From the NCBI GenBank assembly GCA_026125385.1, contig JAHCLG010000013.1, positions 3,866 through 67,865 of the forward strand: a DNA stretch of 64,000 bases, given 5' to 3'. Source of the stretch: Legionellales bacterium (GTDB lineage: Bacteria; Pseudomonadota; Gammaproteobacteria; JAHCLG01). A model generated the notes under the pieces. It saw nothing but the letters and a program-made list of their open reading frames with translations. It ran no database searches and was not told the DNA's origin. The position numbers were made by a program, and so were the translations under genes. This document shows, piece after piece, positions 21,171-32,351 of the stretch (positions within the stretch are counted from its first letter, which is position 1; each line of letters opens with the position of its first letter).

Positions 21171-22058
21171 TTATTTATCTAAAGAAATCTCTTGCTTTTC
21201 AGCATCTTTGGTTAGCAAATAAACGTTAATTCGCCGATTAATAGGATTTTCAGGATTAGCCTTATCCAAAGGATCGCTCGAACCCACGCCAGAAATCCGC
21301 ATGATTTTTTCTTTTTCCAAACCGCCCCCGACTAACGCACGACGCGTGGCATTGGCGCGGTCGACTGATAATTCCCAGTTTGAATAACTGCCCAAACCAC
21401 GGCCTGCAAACGGTTTAGCATCGGTATGACCCACAATTACGACTTTATTGGGCATATTATTTAATTCTTTGCCTAACCATTCCATCACTTGTTTAGTTTG
21501 CTCATTGAGTTCAGAGCTGCCAGACTCGAACATAGGTTTACCTTCAATATCATTTAAACGAATGCGTAAACCATTTTGCAAAACGTCGACATAAATTTGA
21601 TCTTTAAATTGGGATAATTGAGGATCGTTTTTAATGTTATTTAATAATTGCTTTTTCAATTCTTCTAAACGCTTTTTTTCTTCTTCTTTCGCTTTTTGGT
21701 CAGCTAATTGCTTAGGATCGGGTTTGGCAGGAGGAATGGTTTTTTCTTCAGCCTTTTCTTTCTTTTCTTCTGCCTTAGCACCTTCCGGTAAGGGCATTTC
21801 TTTTTCCGTAATCGTGCGATATTTTGCTAAATTAGGGCTTAATGGATCTTTAAAATATTCAGCAATACCTTCTTTTTGATATTTATTCAAGGAAGCTAGT
21901 AACCACATTAATAAAAAGAATGCCATCATTGCGGTGACGAAATCGGCATAGGCAATTTTCCAGGCACCACCGTGATGACCATGCCCGCCAGCTTTAATTT
22001 TTTTAACAATGATGGGGGCTTTTTCTTCCTCAGTTTTGCTCTCTTTATCTTGTGCCAT
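21171..22058 (-). CDS. motB: MotB-like OmpA-domain stator protein
   Basis: N-terminal TM with a YADFVTAMMAFFLLMW motif. A Lys/Glu-rich linker. C-terminal OmpA-like peptidoglycan-binding domain (VVIVGHTD...SVDRA). Adjacent to motA. Confidence 0.7.
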   Translation of the reverse strand: MAQDKESKTEEEKAPIIVKKIKAGGHGHHGGAWKIAYADFVTAMMAFFLLMWLLASLNKYQKEGIAEYFKDPLSPNLAKYRTITEKEMPLPEGAKAEEKKEKAEEKTIPPAKPDPKQLADQKAKEEEKKRLEELKKQLLNNIKNDPQLSQFKDQIYVDVLQNGLRIRLNDIEGKPMFESGSSELNEQTKQVMEWLGKELNNMPNKVVIVGHTDAKPFAGRGLGSYSNWELSVDRANATRRALVGGGLEKEKIMRISGVGSSDPLDKANPENPINRRINVYLLTKDAEKQEISLDK

Positions 22059-22068
22059 GGCAATAATC

Positions 22069-22926
22069 CTATTTTTTCAGCTCTTTTAGCATTTCGTCTA
22101 ATTCATTAAAGCTTAAGCGTTCGGTAGAAAATAATACTTTGCGGCCAAATTCCAGCGCAATGGCTGGCGGATAGCTATTAATTGTTGCGAGAATAATAAC
22201 TTTTACTACGACAAAGGCTTTAGAACTGGTTTCAACGCGATGTTTTAATAAGCCAGCTAACGGCCCCACAAAACCATACCCTAATAAAATACCTAAAAAC
22301 GTTCCCACGAGTGCGGCAGCAATTAAAATACCTAATTCTGCTGGTGGTAGATTAATCGATTCCATGGTGTGGACTACCCCCATCACGGCGGCGACGATAC
22401 CAAACGCAGGTAATCCATCTGCTAACGTTTGAATGGCACTTGCAGGTGCTTCACTTTCATGGTGGTGCGTTTCGATTTCCACATCCATTAAATTTTCAAT
22501 TTGAAAATAATCGGCTGTCCCTGAAACTACCAAACGAAAATAATCGCAAATAAAATCTAATAAATGATGATCTTTTAAAACCAAGGGATATTCGGTGAAT
22601 AAACTACTTTCTTTAGGATTTTCAATATCGTTTTCAATGGCAATGGGGCCACTGTTTTTCATTTTTAGAGTAATGCGAAACATCAAAGACAATAATTCGC
22701 CGTAAAATTTTTTATTGTATTTATCACCTTTGAAAACCGTGGGCAGGGCTTTTAATACTGCTTTAGAAACTTTTCCGCCATTGGTCACTAAAAACGCGCC
22801 AACAGCCGAACCACCGATCATCAAGACTTCAACCGGTTGCCACAGCGTGGCTAAATGCCCACCCGCTAAAGCAAATCCCCCAAAGACTGATCCAATAACA
22901 ATTAAAAAACCGATAATCACAAACAT
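22069..22926 (-). CDS. motA: MotA/PomA-family proton channel protein
   Basis: 285 aa, four TM helices, MotA-like N-terminus. Forms an operon with the motB-like gene. Confidence 0.75.
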   Translation of the reverse strand: MFVIIGFLIVIGSVFGGFALAGGHLATLWQPVEVLMIGGSAVGAFLVTNGGKVSKAVLKALPTVFKGDKYNKKFYGELLSLMFRITLKMKNSGPIAIENDIENPKESSLFTEYPLVLKDHHLLDFICDYFRLVVSGTADYFQIENLMDVEIETHHHESEAPASAIQTLADGLPAFGIVAAVMGVVHTMESINLPPAELGILIAAALVGTFLGILLGYGFVGPLAGLLKHRVETSSKAFVVVKVIILATINSYPPAIALEFGRKVLFSTERLSFNELDEMLKELKK

Positions 22927-23177
22927 GCTAGCATTAATCCCTGTTAGTTCGTCCTACAATGATTTTTTTGGTATGGATCTAGATGCTAAAACCAATCTCC
23001 GATTTTGTCAAAAGTTTACAATAATCAGACAGTTAATTTTTGTCAGCACGATCACGGCATCCTTGTTTACCCAGGCTTTTCCGCAGGGATCCCTGATCGG
23101 TGTTTGTGCTGCAAATTTTCCAATGAATTAGTATATAATCTAGCTTAGAAACTGACAGCAACCTCAAGAGACATGAT

Positions 23178-24107
23178 GTGAAGATAATTTTTGCCGGCAC
23201 GCCCGATTTTGCCGCTTTAGCATTAGAAAAATTAATTGCCTACGGACATAACATTGTAGCCGTTTATACGCAACCCGATCGCGCTGCCGGACGTGGGCGT
23301 CAATTACAAGCCAGTGCGGTGAAACAATTTGCTGAACACGCCGACATTCCGGTTTGTCAGCCGGTGAGTTTGCGAGATCCCGCTGTGGTTGCAGAATTAA
23401 AACACTGGCAAGCTGAGGTGATGGTGGTGTTTGCCTATGGTTTATTAATTCCTAAAACAGTGCTCGATATTCCGCCGTTGGGTTGTATTAATATTCATCC
23501 TTCATTATTACCGCGTTGGCGAGGTGCCGCTCCCATCATTCAGGCAATTTTAAATGGTGATGCGATAACGGGCGTGTCGATCATGAAAATGAATGAATAT
23601 TTAGATACGGGTGATGTATATTTACAAAAAAAAATAGTGTTAGACGATTCAATGACAGCGGATTTTTTAAATCGACATTTAGCTCTCATGGGCGCTGAAT
23701 TAACGCATGACGTGTTAACTCATATTACTACCTTAATTCCACAACCACAAAATGAACAGTTAGCGACCTACGCCAGTAAAATTAATACCAATGATGCTAA
23801 AATAAATTGGCAAGAGGATGCCTTAGTAAATTTACGAAAAATTAATGCGTTTAATCCACAACCTGGTGCATTTGCATTTTTTGCCGGACAACGGATTAAA
23901 TTTTGGCAGGCACATCTTGAAATAATTACCCACCAAGCACATCCCGGCACACTCTTAAAAATTGATAAATCTGGGATTCTTATTGCTTGCGGCAAAAATG
24001 CCTTGCGAGTGGAAATCATTCAAATGCCTGGGAAAAAAGCTTGTTCAGTGGCTGAACTTATTAATGGACGCAGTTTGCCTTGGTCTTTACAAACGGTTTT
24101 GGAATAA
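23178..24107 (+). CDS. fmt: methionyl-tRNA formyltransferase
   Basis: GTG start. IIFAGTPDFA N-terminus and HPSLLPRWRGAAPI formyltransferase motif. Confidence 0.9.
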   Translation: MKIIFAGTPDFAALALEKLIAYGHNIVAVYTQPDRAAGRGRQLQASAVKQFAEHADIPVCQPVSLRDPAVVAELKHWQAEVMVVFAYGLLIPKTVLDIPPLGCINIHPSLLPRWRGAAPIIQAILNGDAITGVSIMKMNEYLDTGDVYLQKKIVLDDSMTADFLNRHLALMGAELTHDVLTHITTLIPQPQNEQLATYASKINTNDAKINWQEDALVNLRKINAFNPQPGAFAFFAGQRIKFWQAHLEIITHQAHPGTLLKIDKSGILIACGKNALRVEIIQMPGKKACSVAELINGRSLPWSLQTVLE

Positions 24108-24109
24108 CT

Positions 24110-25396
24110 ATGAAAAAAATAGCATTTACTATTTTATTGAAAGTATTACGCGAAAAAAAATCATTAAATTCTTTATTAGCTCTTGAGTTATCCACGATTA
24201 ACGAAAGACGTGATAAAGCGTGGCTGCAAGAAATGGTCATGGGAGTATGTCGTTATTATCATCAATTAGAATGTTATTTAAATAGTTTAGTGGAAAAGCC
24301 CTTAACCGGAAAAAAGCTCCCCATAAAAATTATTTTATTGATGGGTTTATATCAAATTATTTATATGCGCACTCCCGAATTTGCCGCCGTTAACGAAATG
24401 GTGGAGCTTAGCAAAAAAATTAATGAAGCATGGGCGAGTAAATTAGTTAATGGAGTGCTACGTCGATTTTTACGCGAGCGAGAAAGTTTAGATCAAACAT
24501 TAAATGAAAATGAGGTTTTTCGCTATTCACATCCGCAATGGATGATTGAAAAAATTAAACATCACTATCCTGAAAATTACCAGACTATTTTGCAAGCCAA
24601 TAATTATATGCCATCGCTGGTTATTCGCGTTAATCTGCAAAAAATCACGCGCGATGACTATTTAAAATGTTTACTCGATAAGGGTATTCAAGCACAAGCC
24701 TGTCAATTAAGCCCTGCTGCCATAACAGTTAGTAGCAAAGTCATCATCCCAGAACTCCCTGGATTTCAAGCGGGTTGGTTTTTTGTACAAAGTGAAAGCG
24801 CGCAATTAGCGGCATATTTATTAGCACCGCAAAAAAACGATCGAATTTTAGATGCGTGTGCGGCACCAGGTGGTAAACTGTGTCATTTAGCAGAAATCGA
24901 ACCACAATTAGAATTAATAGCGATAGAAAATAATCCGCACCGTTTGCAAAAATTACAAGAAAATATCCAGCGCATGCAAATCAATACCACTTTCTTCGGT
25001 GCTGAAGCGCAAGATCTGGCAAGTTGGTGGGATGAGATACCGTTCGATAAAATCATTTTAGACGTCCCCTGTTCGGCCTCTGGCGTTATTCGCCATCATC
25101 CTGATATTAAACTCTTGCGCCAAGAAAGTGATTTAATAACACTAACCAAAACACAAATGGATTTATTAACCACACTTTGGCAAACATTAAAACCTGGCGG
25201 AAAATTATTGTACGTGACCTGTTCGCTCTTTCCCGAGGAAAATCAGCGTATTATTCAACAATTTTTAGCCAAACACAGTGACGCTAAAATGCTAGAGCTT
25301 GCTTTTTTATCTCAAATGCTTACCATGCCAATTGTCACGAGTCTCACCCAAGATGGATTTTATTATGCGTTGTTGGGTAAAGATGAAATAAAATAA
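24110..25396 (+). CDS. rsmB: 16S rRNA m5C967 methyltransferase
   Basis: NusB-like N-domain plus a SAM-dependent MTase with DACAAPGGK and VTCS motifs. Start trimmed to MKKIAF to remove the 28-nt overlap with fmt. Confidence 0.85.
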   Translation: MKKIAFTILLKVLREKKSLNSLLALELSTINERRDKAWLQEMVMGVCRYYHQLECYLNSLVEKPLTGKKLPIKIILLMGLYQIIYMRTPEFAAVNEMVELSKKINEAWASKLVNGVLRRFLRERESLDQTLNENEVFRYSHPQWMIEKIKHHYPENYQTILQANNYMPSLVIRVNLQKITRDDYLKCLLDKGIQAQACQLSPAAITVSSKVIIPELPGFQAGWFFVQSESAQLAAYLLAPQKNDRILDACAAPGGKLCHLAEIEPQLELIAIENNPHRLQKLQENIQRMQINTTFFGAEAQDLASWWDEIPFDKIILDVPCSASGVIRHHPDIKLLRQESDLITLTKTQMDLLTTLWQTLKPGGKLLYVTCSLFPEENQRIIQQFLAKHSDAKMLELAFLSQMLTMPIVTSLTQDGFYYALLGKDEIK

Positions 25397-25402
25397 TTTA
25401 TA

Positions 25403-27487
25403 CTAAGCCTTCGAAGAAGGCGTAGTGCTGTGTTGCTCAATCAAGAGGCCTTGCGCGCTTTTGGCGGGTTGCTTTTCGCTGGGTTTGAGTTGTTTATAAA
25501 ATCCGGTTTTTTGCAATTCCCAGGCTTGCATATTATCTTGTAAGTGAACTTCTAATCCTTCATATTTGATGATCTTTTTTAATTCTGGATCTTCAATAGG
25601 TACGGCAATTTCCACACGATGTGCGAGATTGCGTTCCATCCAATCGGCGCTGCTAATATATAATTTTTCATCTCCACCATGCAGAAAATAATAAACGCGA
25701 GAATGTTCTAAAAATCTTCCAACCAAAGAACGTACACGAATATTTTCTGAAATATCCTTAATTTTTGGGCATAAACAACAGACACCACGAACAATTAAAT
25801 CAATTTTCACTCCCGCACTTGATGCTTCATAAAGGGCTTTAATAATTCCTTCGTCAGTAAGCGCATTCATTTTGGCAATAATACGTGCCGGCTTGCCGGC
25901 TTTGGCTTGTTCAATTTCAAAATTAATATAATTTAATAAGGATTTATACAAAGTGAAAGGAGATTGTAATAATTTTTTTAATTTAACAATTTGTCCCATA
26001 CCCGTTAATTGCTGAAAGACATTATGAATATCTTCAGTTATTGCTTGATCGTAAGTGAATAAACTAAAATCAGTGTAAAGTTTGGCATTGTTCGCATGAT
26101 AATTTCCTGTGCTAATATGCGCATAACGTTTGATTTTCCCTTGCTCACGCCTGACCACTAATATCATTTTTGCATGCGTTTTGAATCCAATAATGCCATA
26201 GATAACCAGAGCACCTGCTTCTTGTAAACGCGAGGCAAAACCAATATTGCGTTCTTCATCAAAGCGCGCTCTTAACTCCACAACGGCGGTTACTTGTTTA
26301 CCTGCGCGTGCGGCATCTACTAAGGCATCGGCCATTTGCGAATCTTTATCAAACCGATATAAAGTTAATTTAATGGCGAGCACATTTGGGTCAATAGTTG
26401 CCTGACGAATAAAATCAACAACTGGGGCAAACGATTGATACGGGTGATGTAATAAAATATCGGCATTACGAATAGTTTCGAAAATATCTTGTTTATGAGT
26501 CAGTCGATTGGGTAGTGTGGGAGTAAAGACTGGGAATAATAAATCAGGGCGATTAGTTAAGTCTAAAATGGTGCGAAATCGGCTTAAATTAACCGGACCA
26601 TTCACTCGATAAAGTTCAGAATTATTTAAACCATGTTTATTTAATAAAAACTCAGCAATTTGATCGGGGCAATCGGCGGCAATTTCTAAACGCACCGCAG
26701 TGCCGTAGCGGCGTGAAAATAATTTATTTTTTAAGGCATGAGCTAGATCATCGGTATTATCTTCATCGACCAGTAAATCGCTATTACGAGTGATTCTAAA
26801 TTGGTAACAGCCATTTACTTTCATTCCAGGAAATAATTCTTTGGCATATTCATTAATAATTGAATTTAATAACACATAATTATCGCCATGATCACAAATA
26901 GTATCGGGTAAACGAATTACCCGTTGTAAATTACGCGGTGCATTCACGACCGCTAAACCACTATCGCGATTGAATGCATCTTTTCCAGTTAACGAAACAA
27001 TATAATTTAAACTTTTATTGACCAGGCGTGGAAAAGGATGAGCGAGATCTAAACCAATCGGTGAAATTACTGGTAAAATTTCATCTTCAAAATAATGTTT
27101 AATCCAATCTGCTTGTTCTGGTGTCCAATCGCCGACATTTAAAATATAAATTTTTTCTCGATGAAGTGCCGGAATTAAATCATCATTTAACAGTTGATAC
27201 ATTTCTTGCACGAACATGTGCGCCGTCACCGAAATTCGGCTCATCACTTCTTCTGTGCTCAACCCATCGGCATCGATCCGCGGCCTACCATAAAGCAATT
27301 GATTTTTTAAGCCCGCTACACGTACTTCGAAAAATTCATCGAGATTAGAACTACAAATAAACAAATAATTTAAACGTTCCAGCAAGGGCAACGAGCGATC
27401 GTAGGCCATGGCTAGAACGCGATAATCGAATTGCAATAATGCTAATTCGCGATTTATAAAGCAATCGCTAGAATAATTCGTTGTCAT
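25403..27487 (-). CDS. ppk: polyphosphate kinase 1
   Basis: 694 aa. PPK1 domain order with conserved HAK/HSK phospho-His regions. Confidence 0.9.
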   Translation of the reverse strand: MTTNYSSDCFINRELALLQFDYRVLAMAYDRSLPLLERLNYLFICSSNLDEFFEVRVAGLKNQLLYGRPRIDADGLSTEEVMSRISVTAHMFVQEMYQLLNDDLIPALHREKIYILNVGDWTPEQADWIKHYFEDEILPVISPIGLDLAHPFPRLVNKSLNYIVSLTGKDAFNRDSGLAVVNAPRNLQRVIRLPDTICDHGDNYVLLNSIINEYAKELFPGMKVNGCYQFRITRNSDLLVDEDNTDDLAHALKNKLFSRRYGTAVRLEIAADCPDQIAEFLLNKHGLNNSELYRVNGPVNLSRFRTILDLTNRPDLLFPVFTPTLPNRLTHKQDIFETIRNADILLHHPYQSFAPVVDFIRQATIDPNVLAIKLTLYRFDKDSQMADALVDAARAGKQVTAVVELRARFDEERNIGFASRLQEAGALVIYGIIGFKTHAKMILVVRREQGKIKRYAHISTGNYHANNAKLYTDFSLFTYDQAITEDIHNVFQQLTGMGQIVKLKKLLQSPFTLYKSLLNYINFEIEQAKAGKPARIIAKMNALTDEGIIKALYEASSAGVKIDLIVRGVCCLCPKIKDISENIRVRSLVGRFLEHSRVYYFLHGGDEKLYISSADWMERNLAHRVEIAVPIEDPELKKIIKYEGLEVHLQDNMQAWELQKTGFYKQLKPSEKQPAKSAQGLLIEQHSTTPSSKA

Positions 27488-27558
27488 GATGAACCACTAT
27501 TGCGTTTTATCCCCTATATCTTTATTTTAGCTCAAAATGGCAAAATGAATGGAAAAAG

Positions 27559-29559
27559 ATGTTAAAACCCACAATCGTGCACATTGCAATGGCAACACCA
27601 CTCAGAAACTGTTTTGATTATCGTTTAGATGACACTCAGCGTATTCCCGCTATTGGTGCACGGGTGTTAGTGCCTTTTGGTGCGCGTCAAATGGTAGGGA
27701 TCGTTATTGCCGTAGATACTCACACGGAATTAGCGCTTAAACAATTAAAACCAATTATTCGAATTCTAGATGAGACGCCCTTAATTGATGAAACGTTATT
27801 AAAGTTATGTCACTGGGCAAGTGATTATTATCATCATCCTTTAGGTGACGTACTCAGTAGTGCACTACCAAAATTATTACGTGAAGGTCGTGAAGCTAAT
27901 TTATCATCTACTAATAAAATAACTAGCAAAAAGAAAATGAATGATGATGATAAACCCTCAATAATTTTAAATTCAGAGCAAATCGCAGCGGTGGAAAAAA
28001 TTACGGCGCAATTAGATCATTTCGCCACCTTTTTACTGGATGGTGTAACTGGTAGCGGGAAAACAGAGATCTATTTACAAATTATTGAAAAAGTGCTCCA
28101 ACACCACAAACAAATATTGGTATTAGTGCCAGAAATTGCCCTCACGCCCCAAACCATGATCCGATTTACCCACCGTTTTGGCGACCAGGTGACGGTGCTA
28201 CATTCTGGGTTAACCGATAAAACACGTATGCAAATTTGGCTGAAAATTCGTGATGCTACTATTCCCATCGTGATTGGTACGCGTTCTGCAATTTTTACAC
28301 CGTGTCGTCAATTAGGATTAATTATTTTAGACGAAGAACACGATTTATCATTTAAACAACAAGAAGGCTTTCGCTACTCAGCACGCGATTTAGCAATTGT
28401 ACGTGCTAAACAATGCGCCATACCCATTATTTTAGGTTCAGCAACTCCGTCGTTAGAAAGTTATTTGAATGCTAAACAGAGGCGTTATCATTATTTGCAA
28501 CTGACAGAACGTGCTGGTAATGCTATGCTACCTAAAATAAATATTATAGATTTACGATCTCAAGAATTAAAAGCCAATTTAACGCCAACGGTGATCGAAG
28601 GAATTCATCAAACCCTGGAAAAAAAGCAACAAGTATTATTATTTTTAAATCGTCGAGGTTATGCGCCACTGGTAATGTGTCATCAGTGTGGTTGGATGGC
28701 AGATTGCAAAAACTGCGATGCGCATTTGACTTGGCATGCCGCAGAAAAAAAATTATTTTGTCATCATTGTGGAGCTAATCAAAATTTATTTAAACACTGT
28801 CCACAATGCCAAGCGCAAACGTTATTTACCGTTGGAATAGGTACCGAAAAACTAGTTGAACAATTAACACAATTATTTCCTGATAAAACTATTGTGCGGA
28901 TTGATCGCGATACCACACGAAAAAAAGGTGAACTCGAAAAGCTCTTAACGCAAATTCAAAATAATCAGGCCGAAATTATTGTGGGCACACAAATGATTGC
29001 AAAAGGACATCATTTTCCTAAAGTCACTATGGTGGTCATTGTCGATGCCGATAGCGGTTTACTTAGTGCCGATTTTCGTGCCAGTGAACGCATGGGGCAA
29101 TTATTAATGCAAGTGTCAGGTCGCGCCGGGCGAGAAGATCAGTTTGGTCAGGTTTATATACAAACTCATCAACCCCAACATCAATTATTACAGTGTTTAA
29201 TCAAACACGATTATCATCAATTTTTAACAGTGCTTACTCAAGAACGCCGCATCGCGCAATTACCGCCGTTTAGCTACCTCGCATTAGTACGAAGTGATGC
29301 CAAACAGCGCCAAGATGCTATTGAGTTTTTAGAATCGTTTAAAAAGTATTTGATCAATGAAAATATTACGGTATTAGGTCCAATTCCTGCATTATTAGAA
29401 AAGCGCGCTGGAAAATATCGTGCCTTATTATTATTAAACGCTAAGCAAAGAGCACCATTGCACGCAGCAATAAAAAAATGCTTAAAGAAAATTGAACATA
29501 CTTCACAGCCGAGAGTTCGTTGGAGCGTGGAAATCGATCCGCAAGATGTTTTGTCTTGA
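27559..29559 (+). CDS. priA: primosomal protein N'
   Basis: DEAH helicase (GSGKTE Walker A, DEEHD). Cys4 zinc cluster CHQCGW...CKNCD...CHHCG...CPQC. Confidence 0.9.
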   Translation: MLKPTIVHIAMATPLRNCFDYRLDDTQRIPAIGARVLVPFGARQMVGIVIAVDTHTELALKQLKPIIRILDETPLIDETLLKLCHWASDYYHHPLGDVLSSALPKLLREGREANLSSTNKITSKKKMNDDDKPSIILNSEQIAAVEKITAQLDHFATFLLDGVTGSGKTEIYLQIIEKVLQHHKQILVLVPEIALTPQTMIRFTHRFGDQVTVLHSGLTDKTRMQIWLKIRDATIPIVIGTRSAIFTPCRQLGLIILDEEHDLSFKQQEGFRYSARDLAIVRAKQCAIPIILGSATPSLESYLNAKQRRYHYLQLTERAGNAMLPKINIIDLRSQELKANLTPTVIEGIHQTLEKKQQVLLFLNRRGYAPLVMCHQCGWMADCKNCDAHLTWHAAEKKLFCHHCGANQNLFKHCPQCQAQTLFTVGIGTEKLVEQLTQLFPDKTIVRIDRDTTRKKGELEKLLTQIQNNQAEIIVGTQMIAKGHHFPKVTMVVIVDADSGLLSADFRASERMGQLLMQVSGRAGREDQFGQVYIQTHQPQHQLLQCLIKHDYHQFLTVLTQERRIAQLPPFSYLALVRSDAKQRQDAIEFLESFKKYLINENITVLGPIPALLEKRAGKYRALLLLNAKQRAPLHAAIKKCLKKIEHTSQPRVRWSVEIDPQDVLS

Positions 29560-29564
29560 TTAGC

Positions 29565-30338
29565 TTATGTAATAGATTTCACCCAATCGGGGAAAAGCTT
29601 AACTTTGTTAATATCAGCCGAATTGAATAAAAATGGCCGGACATCATTGGCCAAATCACTAAAATCTACTTTTGAGCATTTTTCAATTAGGTAATCTTTT
29701 AATTTATTAATATTGTCTATATTCAGTTTCAATTTAAGATATTCGAAATTAGGTTTTGTTTTATTGGACAAAAAAATGATATCAAAAAAGTCTCTTCCCT
29801 TCGGCCTTTTTCGGTTAAACGCTGCATATAATTTTTGACTAAAAAGAACATCTAGTGGGGAGGTAACTATGTTTTGCAGGACATCAAAACGGTTAATAAG
29901 TTTCAATTCTGTGTTATGTGGAAATGACTGAGGTTCAGTATCAAATTGAATTAATATGATTTCTTCTTTAATTGGAGATAATTTATTGTCATAAAGAAGC
30001 TTTGGGATTTTAATTCGACAACGAAAAGCATTCTTCATGGTATTTTTTATGGTTGACTCAAATCCTTCATTTTTTAATGATGAGCATATAATGTGAGTTA
30101 ACTCAGTCAATGATTCCCGATTTAATCCTAAATTATCGAAATCAAGGTCTTCTGAAAATCGCTGGTTTTGATATAAGATCCTTAAAGCAGTTCCGCCAAT
30201 AAAAGACAAATCTTTTCCATATTTGCTAGAATAAATAATATTCAGTATTTTATATTGTAAATATTCTCGTAAAATAAATCGTTTGAATGGACGTAGCTTT
30301 TCTGGATATTCCTTTTCAATCTCATTAATTAGTAACAT
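29565..30338 (-). CDS. AbiEii/AbiGii-family nucleotidyltransferase toxin (DUF1814)
   Basis: GGTAL...RFSEDLDFD nucleotidyltransferase signature. 257 aa. Overlaps the upstream AbiEi gene by 14 nt. Confidence 0.7.
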   Translation of the reverse strand: MLLINEIEKEYPEKLRPFKRFILREYLQYKILNIIYSSKYGKDLSFIGGTALRILYQNQRFSEDLDFDNLGLNRESLTELTHIICSSLKNEGFESTIKNTMKNAFRCRIKIPKLLYDNKLSPIKEEIILIQFDTEPQSFPHNTELKLINRFDVLQNIVTSPLDVLFSQKLYAAFNRKRPKGRDFFDIIFLSNKTKPNFEYLKLKLNIDNINKLKDYLIEKCSKVDFSDLANDVRPFLFNSADINKVKLFPDWVKSIT

Positions 30339-30960
30339 AATCGAGGAACCTCATAGTACGTTGAGTGAGTTTTCTTTTATCAAAAATTTTTAAATAGCAA
30401 AATAATTTTTCTCGATCAATTTTGGCGTTCAATTCATTTTTATCAAAACGTAATTCGTAAAAGAAATTCAGATTATCAGCTTCTGGCATTAAGTATAAAA
30501 AATCTAATAATGCCTTTTCAAGAAATGCAATATTCACTTTGCCAAATTCAGTATCATGTAAATAATAACCAAATATCAGCGTTGGTTTTAGATGGCGATA
30601 ATTAAAATTCGCAATCTCAGACTCGAAACGTTGAGTTTTTTTGCTAGTAATGGCCGTAATTTCAAATACTCCTTCAGGGATCAAATTATGCAGCGCAAAG
30701 ACGAGTTCGAGAGAAATATAGGAAGGATAAACTAGCTTGTTAGCAATCAACATTAATAACTCTTCGGTGAGAGGAATATCAGCAAATAGATACCAGCCCC
30801 GTATTATTCGTTTGATATAACCTTTTTGTTCCCATCGGGTTAGCTCTGACGACCGAATGCTCGGTGCTTTGAGGCGAAGGGTCTCCAGCGAGAACAAACC
30901 AAGCGGTTTGAGGTACTTTTCTAAGTCGCGATAATGCATTTTGTTTCTCGAAGTATACAA
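30325..30960 (-). CDS. AbiEi-family antitoxin/transcriptional regulator
   Basis: 211 aa. Winged-helix N-terminus (LTRWEQKGYIKRIIRGWY). Overlaps the AbiEii gene. Confidence 0.6.
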   Translation of the reverse strand: MYTSRNKMHYRDLEKYLKPLGLFSLETLRLKAPSIRSSELTRWEQKGYIKRIIRGWYLFADIPLTEELLMLIANKLVYPSYISLELVFALHNLIPEGVFEITAITSKKTQRFESEIANFNYRHLKPTLIFGYYLHDTEFGKVNIAFLEKALLDFLYLMPEADNLNFFYELRFDKNELNAKIDREKLFCYLKIFDKRKLTQRTMRFLDYVTN

Positions 30961-31052
30961 AAATGTATATTATAAGAAATATAATCAACTTTTTAGGCAA
31001 ATTCAAGCGCATAAGATTTAAGTACGCTCAAAGCTAGGATACCTAGTATCTC

Positions 31053-32339
31053 CTAACTTAAGGTATTTTTTTGCAGCATAATACTCACTTTTAACCCGCC
31101 TTCGGCTAGATTGATTAAAGAGATATCGCCACCCAACGCGTGAATAATATCTCTGGCCACGGCTAAACCTAAGCCAGTTCCGCCCGTTTGACGAGAGCGC
31201 GATCCTTCCACGCGATAAAAAGGTTCGAATACTTTTTCCATTTCTTTTTCGGGAATGCCAGGACCTTGGTCGCTGATTTCAACAATAATATGATCATTTT
31301 TTTCTAATAATTTTACTACCGCGAGATTACCGTACTTCACCGCATTTTCAATTAAATTACTAAATACGCGTTTTAGCGAGTTAGGTTTACTGTAATAAAT
31401 TAAACGCTTTTCATAATTCTCATAATGAACATTCAATCCAGCATCCGCTAAATCTAAACACAGCGCTTCCATAAATGCATCAAAATCGAATTTTTCCATC
31501 ATTTCATCTTGATAATCATCACGTGCAAAATTCATGGTGGCTGAAATCATCGCCTCCATGTCTTCTAGATCGCGTAATATACGTTGATATTGTTCGTGAT
31601 CGTCAATTAATTCAGCGCGTAATTTAAGTCGGGTTATTGGTGTGCGTAAATCATGAGAAATTGCTGCTAACATTTGCGTACGATTGGTAATTAAGCGTTT
31701 AATGCGAGTTTGCATTTCGTTAAAAGCACGGGTGGCTTGTTTAATTTCTAGCGGTCCTTGTTCAGCTAATGGAGGTGCATTAACATCAATACTTAAGCGT
31801 TTTGCTGCACTGAAAAAATTGACTAGTGGCAATGCTAAACGACGCACTGCCCATGCGCATAATAAAAATGCTGCACCAGCCATGAGTAATAAGGTAATTA
31901 CCGTAAAAAAAACTAAGATATGGCTTGATTCAACAAATTGACCATTAATGTTTAACCAATTACCATCATCTAAATTAAGTGATAATTGAAATTTATTATC
32001 TTGAATATTATTAATATAATTACGAATGCGTAGTGGATTAGCATGATGAATAATGACAGATTTATCTTTGGGAGATTTATCTAGTGCAATAGTGAGATCG
32101 GAATTATTAACGGCACTAATAATATGTTCTAATTCATCGCGCGGTACCACTAAGGCAATACGGACGATTTGCGAAATGCGATTGGCTAATTCGTTACGAC
32201 CTGGATTATGCAGAACATAACTGTGATACAAATCGTAAATTAAAAAACTCGAAAATTGAATAATTAAAAAGCCAATAAATAATAATAAAAAAGTTTGGCG
32301 TCCCATACTGCCTGGAAATAAACGAAATGATTTTAACAT
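31053..32339 (-). CDS. envZ: EnvZ-like osmosensor histidine kinase
   Basis: Two TM segments and a HAMP domain. H-box AAISHDLRTPITRLKL is nearly identical to EnvZ; G-boxes GTGLGLA. Directly downstream of the ompR-like gene. Confidence 0.75.
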   Translation of the reverse strand: MLKSFRLFPGSMGRQTFLLLFIGFLIIQFSSFLIYDLYHSYVLHNPGRNELANRISQIVRIALVVPRDELEHIISAVNNSDLTIALDKSPKDKSVIIHHANPLRIRNYINNIQDNKFQLSLNLDDGNWLNINGQFVESSHILVFFTVITLLLMAGAAFLLCAWAVRRLALPLVNFFSAAKRLSIDVNAPPLAEQGPLEIKQATRAFNEMQTRIKRLITNRTQMLAAISHDLRTPITRLKLRAELIDDHEQYQRILRDLEDMEAMISATMNFARDDYQDEMMEKFDFDAFMEALCLDLADAGLNVHYENYEKRLIYYSKPNSLKRVFSNLIENAVKYGNLAVVKLLEKNDHIIVEISDQGPGIPEKEMEKVFEPFYRVEGSRSRQTGGTGLGLAVARDIIHALGGDISLINLAEGGLKVSIMLQKNTLS

Positions 32340-32351
32340 GAGTACCGCCTT

